DNA of 57,358 nt, the filler included, from Bipalium vagum (Eukaryota), in NCBI GenBank assembly GCA_037834085.1. It is 3 parts of 3 records of this genome, joined end to end, with 100 filler letters (N's around TTAATTAATTAA, not from the genome) between each part and the next. Parts side by side here need not be neighbours in the genome. Positions count along the whole stretch, not along the records: positions 15,982 to 36,015 come from JBBMKC010261960.1; positions 36,116 to 57,358 come from JBBMKC010240084.1; 1 more part is not named here. One strand, written 5' to 3'. A program made the translations under genes and the position numbers. Position 1 is the stretch's first letter. The number at the start of each line of letters is the position of its first letter. The notes under the pieces were generated by a model that worked only from the letters and a program-made list of their open reading frames with translations, did not search any database and had not been told where the DNA came from. This document shows positions 24,433 through 36,148 of this stretch, piece by piece.

Positions 24433-24938
24433 AACATTAAAATATTTACAAATGTAGGTAATTTTCACGCATTTAATTATGCAAAAAGAGAAAGGAAAAA
24501 TAAAAAATATCACTTAAATTATAATTTTTTATTTTAATTTTTTTATCAAAATATCATTTTGTTAAAAATTTAATCAATTTGAAGAAATTTAATAAACCTT
24601 TATTAAAAGTAAAAAAATTATTAAGTTATCAAATTAATTAATATTTCAAAATATCCAATTAAAATATTTCTTTGGTTAAAATTATCAACGTTTTCTTAGA
24701 TTTTGTTAATTTATCATTTTATTTTAATATTAAAATCACAAGAACATATTTAAAAAGAAATAATTTTCTGAAACTTTTAGATTAATGTTTTCAAATTAAT
24801 ACTTTTTGAAACAAGCCAATCATGACAGTGATATTATCAATGATGAGAATGATAATTAAATTGTGCAGGCTTAGAAATGTTTTTTGTTAAAAATCATTTA
24901 TTTGAAAAATAAAATTTTGTTCAATCGATTAAGATATA

Positions 24939-25830
24939 CACGGTGTGTAAAGTAAATATCCGATCCAGACCTTTTTTATTAAAAAGGACATTTTTTAAAA
25001 GTTTTATTTCATAACATTTAATCAAAATATTTTCCATTTATATTAGACCATCTTTTAGGCAACGACTGAGTTCCTCGAATTTTTAAGAAATCCAGCTATC
25101 AATTCATTTTGAAAGGTTTTCATCGGAACTAAACCGTTTTCCAGAAAGAGCGGATTGAATCAAGCGGAACAAATGGTAATATAAAGGATAAATATCTGGA
25201 GAATATGGCAGGTGATGTAAGACTTCCCAGATTGCACTTTCTAAGTAATAATTTAAAATAGAATGAACGAAAGGTTTGGCGTTAACGTGCACTAAGATTA
25301 TCTTATCATTTCCGTTCATTCTGACCTTTTCTCTTTCAGGGCTCGCTTCAAACGATTTATTTGGGATTGTTAACTTGCACCAATCAGTGTTTCTCATGGT
25401 TTCAACAGTTCATAATATATCATATCTTTTTATCCCAACAGATACACAGCATCACTTTAGACCCATGGATATTCTGCATGAGCGCTGATGTACTGGGTTC
25501 GCCAGGCTTCATCCAAGATGCTTTCCGTTTTGCGTTGTCATTTCAAACTCATGTCTCGTCTCTAGTCACGTTCATATCCAAGAAACTTTTTCTTTGTTGC
25601 CTGTAAAGATGGATATGACAAATTGTAAGTTGCCTTTCAAAATCTCTTTCCGTCAATCTATATGGGGACTTATTTCTTTATTTTTCTAATCATTCTCACA
25701 TTTCCGATATTTACTTTCTAAATTTGCAAAACCATTCTTTTATCGACATTTTATCGACTTTCCCACTGCCTTAATATTAGAATTTTTAATAATTTGATTA
25801 ATTTTACCTTAATATTTTACTCATTATGAA
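24939..25830 (-). mobile_element. mariner (Mos1-like), degenerate
   Basis: IILVHVNAKP...WEVLHHLPYSPDIYPLYYHLFRLIQSALSGKRF; WMKPGEPSTS; TIR-like ta|cacggtgtgtaaagtaaatatccg. Confidence 0.85.
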
Positions 25831-26199
25831 AACTAAGGTCTAAATCTTCAAATGAGCAATTATGTATAACGTCACATAACGATTTTAATTACTTCATTAA
25901 TTAATAAAACATAATTTAGTGCGAAACATAATAAAGTGCGAAAAATTCATGTTTTTCTTAAAGTCAACTGTACAAAAATCATAATTTATAAAATTAAATG
26001 CAAAAAATTATTAAATTGAAACGTTTTTATAAAATTACGAGAATTAATTTACAAAATCTAAAAATTTCATACTCCGCGATCACGTCTTTACTTACGGCTG
26101 TTCTAAACTTAGAATTGTTTATATTGCATCGTACTTTTACACTTTTATTATTTTTTTTATTATATCTGTATATTTGGTATGTAAAAGTAATTATCGATT

Positions 26200-26720
26200 T
26201 TAAAAGATAATATCGTTTCACTAAACGACTCTTAAGCAATCCCATAATAGAACACTTTTTTGAGAAAAGACCTGGTTATGAGGTCGCAAGTGGATGTTGT
26301 CCAGCCAATAACGAGTGCTTGCATGATCAGGATTAGTGTATTCAACCAACTTTTTATCGGATGCTATAATTCTTTTCCAAAATGGATCTCGAGGTTTGCA
26401 TTAAACATTATAACCCGCATAAATTTTTGTTTGTCCGATAAAGCTATATAATTTCCCCATTTTATGTAGGCGAATTTTTATCTTCTCCGTATGACAATTG
26501 AAAATTGTGGCCAATTCTTCAGTACTTTGTTTCAGTCAGGAATCAAAGCTTTCGCTGCTCAATGTCGACAACTGATGATCGGGAGATCTTCAAATTTTCT
26601 AAACCATTTTTTCATTGGCTAATGAACCTCTTTAGCCTTGGTGCCCTGGTCAGACTCATACAAAAAGCAATGTCTGGTGTGAGTTTTGTAATACTTTTTG
26701 TCATTACGGTTCAGTAGGAA
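26200..26720 (-). mobile_element. mariner 5'/middle fragment
   Basis: DPFWKRIIASDKKLVEYTN plus HTH remnants. Confidence 0.7.
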
Positions 26721-27272
26721 ATATCAAATTATTATCTAAATTTACATGTGATTCAAAAACGGTATTACTCAAACAAATTATAACATACATTTCAATATAG
26801 AATTTCGAAGAGATTTAAGTTGATTTTATTATTTGTAAATTGTATTCAAAACATTATTGATAAATTCAAACCTTAATTAGACATTGATTATTGCTTCAAT
26901 AATCATCTGTCTTTCTGAGGTAGCTTTTTAATTTAAACTAGTAAATGAGAATTATTTTTAATTGATTTTTTGTCATTAAGGACTGTAAATGGCAGTCTAA
27001 GGAACAGACCTATTTTCTTTTTCCTTTTTATATTAATGAAGCACAATAACTCGAGATATTATATTAATAATAACTAATTAAATCATTATACATTACTACA
27101 TATACATGTAATTACACGCCACTCACAAATTCCTCAGCATTTTGTCTAACCTACATGATTTTAAGGTAGTACTAATATTCTATCAGTTTTTCTCAAAATT
27201 TTATGGTAATCTGATTGATTTATTTATTGATTATATTTATTTTAGTCAGATTAGTTTGCTTAATCTCAAAAA

Positions 27273-27431
27273 ATGGATACCTAAGAATTTCGTGTGTTGA
27301 TAAAACAATGTTTTTTGACTGGACAAAATACTATTGGAGTCAAGCAGTGGCTTGATAAGTATTATGGGAACACTGCACCAGGAAATCGACTATTGTTGAC
27401 TGTTATGCTGAGTTTAAACGTGAGCGTACAA
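27273..27431 (+). mobile_element. irritans-subfamily (Himar1-like) mariner N-terminal fragment
   Basis: MDT*EFRVLIKQCFLTGQNTIGVKQWLDKYYGNTAPG/KSTIVDCYAEFKR versus Himar1 MEKKEFRVLIKYCFLKGKNTVEAKTWLDNEFPDSAPGKSTIIDWYAKFKR (recalled from memory). Confidence 0.85.
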
Positions 27432-27582
27432 AATTTCTGATAATCAAAACAGCGAATTTTTAATTTTAAAATAAGAATTTTTTTAATATAGTACTTTTAA
27501 AAAAATTATATTTAAAATAATTATTTGTTATAAAAATATTAATAAAAGAAGTTATTTAATCTTTCTCCTCACTAATAGTTGG

Positions 27583-29169
27583 TGTTATTGATAAAAGAAC
27601 AATAATCAGTTCGACAATAAAAAATGATTAACAAAAATATCACATGTACCAACAAATACTGATTTCCTTAACGAATGTCTAAAAAAACGTAGTTTGGGCT
27701 TTTAGGTCACTTAACAAAGTCTATGCTATCAGAAGGGATTACAGATGAACGTTGGAACACTAAATTTATAACTGTCACAATAAAAATCGGTCAAAAACAA
27801 AACTACGAGGACACAAATTTATAGCAAAATCTTTATTGAAAATATATTAAAAAGTTTTTACTACACGAATTAATTAGGTTTGATGCTGATCTAACTGAGT
27901 CTTTAAACACAGGCTTAGTCTAGTGTGTTAAAGCCCTCAGGAAGTTTACCAGCTAGCTGCTGTGTAAGCTTTAAACAAAAAAGAAAGGAAAAGAAAAACA
28001 GAAAAAAGTTACTTTATCAACGGTGAAGCACCGAGTATTTACTTTTAAGAAATTGATTAATTAAAAGCCGCGACAATTGGTGAAAATTGCGCAACTCTGA
28101 TTGATTAAGATTTAAAATCAAAATATATAAGTCAACGCTTCTGTACTCGCAGAGTGAAGACTTGTTAATTAATATAAATATTAGTATTAATAATAATAAT
28201 GATAGTAATGGAGTAATTTACCAAAAATATTGAGTTTCTGACTTAGTAGATACTGGGCATGAACAATCTGATTATAATTCGTAGTCCCTCCCTTGAATTT
28301 TAAATTTTCCTTTTATACTGTCGGCTAACTTTATCTTTGTTGTGGTATTTGTCAATTGACCCGATCTGGAATGGCTAATTGAAATCTGATCGCTGATTGG
28401 AATAATTAATTACGTTTTAAATTAACACCTCGCGTTGGTATTTTGCTAGTGACCTTTTTTATTTTGCGTCTCAATTGGAATTTGTTTTGGATATTTGCAC
28501 GATTTTTATGCGTTGTTTAATTCCCGAGTCTCCTGTTAATGTATTTCTCTCTTTCCTAATGCTCTTTAGTAAGCTTCTTTTATATAACTTATTTTTCATA
28601 TTTTATTATTTTTAGTAAGTTTGATGTTTCTATTAATACTATTTTATACAGCTTAATTTTCCTAAAATAAATTTTACTATTCTTTTTTGTATAATTTTCT
28701 ATTTTTAGTAAATTTGCAATTTCTAATTTTAATTAATTATCAGATTTTATATTTTCTCAGAAATTTTAATAATAATAATAATAATTAATTAATTAATTAA
28801 AAGAGAGTCTTCTGATAATCAGCCACAAAACTTTACAAAATAAAAACAGAATCAAAAATGTTTATTAAAATCATAAAATTTGTTAATCAAATAAAAATCA
28901 GCAAAATGGAATATTGTAAATTTTGTTTTTTAAAAAATGTCTATTTTGAGATGATTCACAAATGAATCAATTATAACTCGTAACCAATGTCAAACAATAT
29001 ATTAATGAAAACACCAACATGTAAACAAAATAACAATATAAATGGATCGATAGTTTACCAAAATACTCAAAATATGATTATTACCATTTAATTATTATCA
29101 TTCTCCTTGCCCTTTCTTGCAGTGTTTCTCCAAAATTCTCGTGGGAGGTGTCCTTTGGCGAACTTAACA
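27583..29169 (-). mobile_element. LTR-like non-coding element D
   Basis: tgttatt...cttaaca ends; minus-strand CAGTATAAAAGG ~28309-28320 and AATAAA ~27832; right terminus ggaggtgtcctttggcgaacttaaca similar to C. Confidence 0.5.
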
Positions 29170-30239
29170 AATTAATTTAAAGTTAATTATAAATAGTATA
29201 TTTAAACTCTTAATTATTATATATATTATAACATTTAATAAATTAAAAATATTTTAATAATTGTGTTAATAATGAAATTTAATCAATTAGTTACTTGAAA
29301 TATATATAATTTTAATACATCTTTTATTATAATTACAGCATTTCATTGGTTAGATTAAATTTGCTTGAATTTATCGGATTAATGAAAACATTAAATAAAT
29401 TATTCAAAAACAAAGTGTTATGGATTTATAAGTTAAAAGTTATCATAAAAATTGGTAAAACAAAATATTTTATTTATTATACACTCTAGATATGATGTTC
29501 TAATGCTGATGACATTAAAAATATGTCACAAAGTTCTGTGTTCAAAATGGATGGAACTCAAAAAGCTCACCAAATGGACCATTGAATTAAATATCTTTGT
29601 CATTGATTTTTTATGGCCAAATAGGAATACCACAATTCTGTCAAAACTTTAATTTTAGAAAAAAATCATTAATTCTATTACCTCATTCTGTACCAATGAA
29701 GCATATTACAATGATCCTTTCATGGAGATAGATCAATGTCAATCCTGCTTGCCACGGATGCTTAGAGAAAAGCTGATAAGTCAAACAAGACAACAAAAAT
29801 GCCGATGATGAAGTCATTTTTCCATTTGAAAATTGTAATAAAAGGATGATATGAACTATTGATGACGGATTACATTGATTATTCTTGATATTTAATATTA
29901 TAAATTGATATTATCTTCCTGGAAGATTATAATTGTTTGTAACTAGAATGTAAATTATTCATATAAATAAATCATGTTATGAAAATATTTTCATTTATCG
30001 ACTCAACTGAGAAGACTAAATCATACATCTTTAAAAGTTGTTTTATGTGTTTTATGAGATTTTCAAAATTTTCTTTGAGAAATCTGAAGACTTTGAATCT
30101 AATATTAATATTTAAACTGTTTGGTATAATTTTATTGTTTTGTTAAAAATTTCTTATGAATTTCGTTTTGAATTCTTGAGATAACTTTGAAATCTTATTT
30201 TATATAACTTACCTTATTTTTTACAAAATATTACATTAA

Positions 30240-30540
30240 GTAAACTTCATTAGGGAAAATCTGGTACCCAGATTTGTAGACCAATCTGTTTATTGATTTG
30301 AGAAAATTCTCGGAAAATTCACGATTTTTTCTTTGGAGAGTTCTGAGAAAATTTTATTTAATTTGATAACTTCAAAAGTGAAATCTCCTGATCAACGAGA
30401 CAGCTAAAAAATTTATTCATCTCCATTCACAATAAAATCTGGTGAAAATTTCGATTTTTCTCTACCGATTTTTTTCGATAGCTTTTGTTCCATGGTCACA
30501 TTTCAGAAAGAGATACTGTGAAAAATCAGATTTATCGTTC
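30240..30540 (-). mobile_element. mariner 5' fragment, highly decayed
   Basis: QYLFLKCDHGTKAIE...SGDFTFE...QIWVPD. Confidence 0.5.
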
Positions 30541-30579
30541 TTTTAATCGTCACTTAAAAGTTTTTATTCTATAAAATGA

Positions 30580-31230
30580 AGTTTTCCAAGACTCACACTT
30601 CGAAATGTTCTATGGATACAGCGCAGTGAAAGTTTTTGTTATCAAATTTCATACTTAAAAGATTGGAAAATGGATGATGAGAAAACGTTAACAATAAGTT
30701 AAACATATCTGGGCGCTCCTTTGGGAAAACAGAAATAGATTTCTTATTTTATTAATTGACAGAAAAAAAATTCATTATACCATTTCTTTTAGAAATATAA
30801 TATTGAAAGAGAACGCGAAAAATTGAAGTTAAAAAATCGTGAGTAAAATCAAAGAATTCTTCAGTACGTCTACATTAGCAGTTTGTGTCCCAATACCATT
30901 TTATTCGGTTTGATTGGCTTGGAAGGGTATAATTTTTTTTGAAAACACCAACATTTCTGAGGATTTTATCCAAGGGATTCAGATCTAAAAAAGAATCCTC
31001 ATGACAAAATCAGACCTCAGATATTATTGAATGGAGTGAAGAAATTATACAAATTTGAATGAGATGTTCTAGATCACACAGAATAATAGCTTGCAAAATA
31101 GGTGGCAAATTTTGTCGGGTTTTAGAAGATGGAAATCGTCTGGATATTTCTTTAATCCAACACCATAAAAAATTCATCCCGGACGACAGGATGAAATTTT
31201 TCAATCAATGGAAAAAGATTATTTAAAATA
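30580..31230 (+). mobile_element. mariner, highly decayed
   Basis: WKGIIFFE, HDKIRP, KKLYKFE*DVLDH remnants. Confidence 0.55.
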
Positions 31231-31499
31231 AATATTATTGTATTGTATTTTTTTCAACAAAATGTCGCTCGCGGTTACAGCTAATTTTTCATTTTTACTT
31301 TTTATTTTTAATATTTATTGATTTTTAAAACCATTTTTAGAGATAAATAAAAAATTATTAAACAATGTTCCCATGAAAGAAAAATGATCTGATTTAAAAG
31401 GTTGTGAAAAAAACGTTTTTCATTGTTATTTTGATAATATGACGTATGTGAAATAATTCGGTCATTTTGCTTAATAAAAAACACTTAAAAAAACAAGTA

Positions 31500-32150
31500 C
31501 AATCAATGTATGTTCCATTGTTTGCTATTTTTGTCTAATCGGCTGGCAGTTGTTGGAATGGTTGACAGAAAAACGACTTTTCTTTTGAAACAATCAATTT
31601 ATTGACTCATTTTTCTCTTTCTTCATAATTATTGAGATGCTTAGAAATCCGGTGTGTCATCGATTAAAACAAATGATAGTCATTCGGATCGATATCCTGT
31701 GAATACGGTAAGAAACGTAAAATATTTAAGCATTTAAAAATCTTTTTGTTTAAATAGTGTTGAATGATTTTGACAAACGATAAAATCACAACATTCTATA
31801 ATTTTGACTTAACCTACTAGGTTCATTTTTACACTAAGAAATCGGGGGAAGATGTTTGAGAAGACTAATTGAACTGATTTTTGCATCACAGAAATACTCA
31901 CGAAATCAATTGTTTTTAAGTGATCTCCGTAACAAAAAAAATGAGCTGAGAAAACAGAATAGTACTTTATTCAGATGTTTCATACGATGTATCATATTGA
32001 GTAATGAAAAATTGAAGTCAACATTTATGGAAAAATTTGTAGTTATAACAATCATTAACAGCTATCATTTTGGAAAAAATTCGACCCAAGACAAATATCT
32101 CTGATTTCTCCATGTTAATAACAACTAAAGTAATTTGCTGACTATAAACC
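31500..32150 (-). mobile_element. mariner, highly decayed
   Basis: C-terminal SKEKSFFCQPFQQLPAD*TKIANNGTYID*. Confidence 0.55.
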
Positions 32151-33341
32151 GCGGGGTTTTATCAAAATAATTTCATTTTTCTAATTTTGCGATTTATGTA
32201 CCGGAGCGACTTAATCCGAAAGAAGTAAGTTCATGCTGAATATAATCATACATAATATGCACTATTGAACCTACTCTAAGTGCAAAAATAAATTTTTAGA
32301 GGTCAGTAGTAAATCATAATGTTATTTTACCATTTTCAAGTCATAGGGTGATAAGGAATTTATAAATAATAAGAGCTTGCTAGACTTCATTTGGAGGTAT
32401 CTAAAGAACATTTGTGTACACAGACAAACTGAGCTTAATCACTGAGCTTAAGATTTAAATCAAACAAGTTAGTTATGTTTTTGCCACTGGAATTGGATAC
32501 CGACCATGTTTTACAGTTGCTTCCAGATTTTGAAAAAGCTCGACCACTACATAACCCTGTTCATAATTACCCATCATCAACAGTTTATCTTCTTTATCAG
32601 AATATTTAATGTAAAGCTTCCTGTTCACTCAGACAGTAAACATTCTTCATTTATTTAGACTTTTCTTAATTTCTTTCTATTTTTTGAACCAATTCGATTA
32701 AGTAAGAAAAGTATAATTAATTTTCTAAGGAGAAAAATGAAAGAATTTTTTTTCTCCTCATTTCCCGAAGTCTCTTGAGAATAATGTAACTTGAGATTGT
32801 CTTAGTTTACATGTTGTTATTTATATTTTTACATTTATTCCTTATAAATATTACTTTCACTCAACCAAACATGTTCGCGATTTTGTGGTTTAGCTGATGC
32901 AACACGTGCTAAAGTTGCTTATATTTTTAATGGTCTCATTATATCGTGAAATTATTTCTTTTAAAATCACATTTCTTCTATTGTTCCGTCAGTTTTCTTC
33001 TATTTCTTCCTTTATAAAAAAGGTTTAGAAGAAAACTAGACTTTTCTTAATTTTTCCATAATTTTATAAATTAATAAAAATATTTTAAAAGTTTATTTTT
33101 AAAATATTTAATTTAGAATTTAATTCACCAACCACGTTTCGATAATTAGGAAGACTTAGCAAAGAAATATCGATATATCAGAATGAGAATGAAGCATTTC
33201 AAATGTATCATGAAAATATAATTAATAATTAAATTAAGTAATTATTAACAAACCCTTGATATAAAATTATAAAAACGATTAAAGGATAAATAAAATTAAT
33301 AATATTACAAGTATTATTTATTATTATTATTTATTAGATTT

Positions 33342-33870
33342 ATTGAATTGTTACATAATTTTTCGTGATTTTTTACAATATATAAAATGAAGTAATTAAA
33401 ACAGATTTAGGAATAATAATGAAAATTATTCGATAACATAATTTCCGTCATTGTTTTGGATCTTCTCCCATCTTTTCACAAATTTATCGAAACCTTTTTT
33501 CCAGAAATTGCTAGATTTGCTGTGAAAGAAATTTGTAATTCGAATTTTAAGATCATCCTCGTTCTGAAAAGTAATACCTTTCATTTGGTTTGACAGCGAG
33601 CGTAAAGGATAAAAATCAGTTATCGCAAGATTTGTAGAATACGCAGGGTGTGGAAGAACGTCCCAATCAAGCTCTTGAAGAGTGGTTTTGGTAATATTTG
33701 TTGTGTGAGGCCTGGCGTTATCATGGAAAAGAATCACTTCGGTTCGTTTATACTGGTATTTCACTTTAATAATGTGGTTTACTTGACGCAATCGGTTTAT
33801 GTATCGGAGCTATTCAACCATCTTGCCTTTTGGGACCATTTCCCAGTGTATCAAACCATTGTTGAACTTT
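33342..33870 (-). mobile_element. mariner 3' half (121-aa open frame)
   Basis: ILFHDNARPH...LDWDVLPHPAYSTNLAITDFYPLRSL...GFDKFVKRWEKIQNNDGNYVIE. Confidence 0.92.
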
Positions 33871-33899
33871 AATAAATTGTTTTTCAAAATATGAAAACT

Positions 33900-34869
33900 G
33901 CTTACTAACTTAGCAAAATTTTATTTTTCAAATATAAAGTTTTTAAAATTCTTCTGGGGTTATATCTTTAACCAGAAAATTTTTCATTTGCACATATTTT
34001 CCTTCGTTTCTGGAATGCGCAGCATCTTTAATGGATATCATTAATTAATTTTTGTTGTTACAATTTACTCCCCGCATTCTCTCTTTCGATGTACTGTCAG
34101 TGCTAGGAAAGAGGATTGAGGTTATGACGATAAGGTAGTAAAAAATGATTGAATGCCCATAGCTGAAGATAAAATATTTTAATTCACTACTTTTGTAAAA
34201 TGGAACATTATCGCACACAATAATCATATTTTTCAATGTATTCCTCCTAAATTTATTAATTAAGTCTTTAATAAACAAACCAAAATGTTCTGAATTAACG
34301 GCACCATCCTTCCTTTTAAATATGTGACCTCTTTGTTTTTAATCGCTGCAGCAATAGAAACAATGTTGCTTCTGATCGTTTTAATTTTTTCCTGTGTTTG
34401 GCCGACTATTACACGCTCATATCTTTTCGCATACTACAGTTAACACCAATTTCATCTACAAATACTAATTTTGACTCTGCCATTTCTATTGCCCGATGAC
34501 AGTATTCAAGGCGTGCTGTGATATTATTGTCGTCATTTTGTCTTTCAAGAATTAACTTCCCAATTGCTTTAAGAATTGTACTAATAGATGCTCTTGATGC
34601 TCAACGTTTAGATTACTCTTTTGCTAGTGTGTATAAAGGTACTCATGAATCCTCATTAATTTTCTCCTTTATAAATATTACATCGTCATTATCAAGTTTC
34701 TTCTTTCTTCCACAGTTTCTTTTTTTAATGATATTGAAGTATCATTACCTTTACACGTTCTTATTATATTATAGACAGTTGCTTTTATAATGTTAAAATC
34801 TTCTACTATTTGAATAGCAGAAAATCCATTGTTGTATTTATCACAAATTAAACCTCTATTGCTATCAGA
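33900..34869 (-). mobile_element. IS630/Tc1-like (DDE_3-type) transposase pseudogene
   Basis: ISDSNRGLICDKYNNGFSAIQIVEDFNIIKATVYNIIR...GRKKKL...KLVFVDEIG...IVSIAAAI...DGAVNSEHF...IIVCDNVPFYK.../FLLPYRHNLNPL. Confidence 0.85.
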
Positions 34870-34871
34870 TA

Positions 34872-36015
34872 TTAGGGTGAGTCATAATAACTCGCATTTT
34901 TTACAAATTTTCTTTACATAGAAATATTTTAAGTATATTAACTTTTAAATATCTAATTAATGTTTAATTTACATGTAGATTAATATATTGATTGTTTAAA
35001 TATTAAAAACGTTTATTTATTTTGAAATTTTAGTATAGATATTTATTTTAGAAATGAGCTGCTTACCCATCGAAATTAGAGCCCTTCTGCGACACTACTG
35101 GAAATAAGAATGGAAAGCAATAGATGCAGCAAACAAGATATGTGAAGTGGAGGGAGAAGGTTCTGTATCAATTCGCAGTGCACAGGACTGGTTCACAAAG
35201 TTTTAAAAAGGTGATACTAGCTTGGAATATGCACCCCATAAAGGACGACCATCTGCCTTTGATTCTGAGCTGCTCAAAAATGCTACCAATTTAAATCCAA
35301 TACAAAGCACAAGAAAATTATCCTCAGATTTAAATGCTTCACAATCAACAATAACTCGGCATTTACATAAACTTGGCAAGGTCAGTAGGTCCTGTCATAA
35401 TGTACTGCATGATCTGAATGCACAACAACAAGAAAGCCGAATTGAAATTTGTAAAAAATTACTCACTCTTCCTTGGAATGATCGTTTTATACGAAGAATT
35501 GTCACGAGTGACGAAAAATGGGTATTTTAATGGTATTTTAACAACCCCGACAGACAAAGACAGTGGTTATCGCCAGGCCAAACTGCAATTTCTGTACCAA
35601 AGGCTAACAGATTTGGTGGAATTATGAGGGAATAATCCACTTCGAACTAATTCCTGATGGTCGGACAATAAATTCTGCGCTGTATTGTCAACAACTGGAA
35701 AGAATTCATGAAATTTTAAAAGAACGTTACCCATCATTAATCAATAGGAAGCATACCATTTTCCAGCATGATAATGCAAAGCCGCATACGTCTTCCGAAA
35801 CGAAACTGAGCTTGAAGAGCTAGAGATTGAAGTTCTCCCACATCCAGCTTACAGCCCAGACCTGGCGCCGAGTAATTTTCATTTTTTCCGTTCAATGGCA
35901 CATTTCTTTAAAGGACGGTACTTTAAATCAGTTGATGAAGTGGAAAATGGTTGTCTCGAATTTTTTGCTTCCAAGGACGCTGCATGGTATAACAGAGGAA
36001 TAAAATGTCTGGCCG
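34872..36015 (+). mobile_element. mariner, near full length, inserted at a TA in the IS630-like element, cut by the gap
   Basis: ta|ttagggtgagtcataataactcgc TIR; ATG 35054; RRIVTSDEKWV, FQHDNAKPH, HPAYSPDLAPSNFHFF; a few stops and frameshifts. Confidence 0.93.
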
Positions 36016-36115
36016 NNNNNNNNNNNNNNNNNNNNNNNNNNNNNNNNNNNNNNNNNNNNTTAATTAATTAANNNNNNNNNNNNNNNNNNNNNNNNNNNNN
36101 NNNNNNNNNNNNNNN
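36016..36115. other. Assembly gap with artificial TTAATTAATTAA spacer
   Basis: 44 N + 12 + 44 N. Confidence 0.97.
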
Positions 36116-36148
<33 letters not shown>

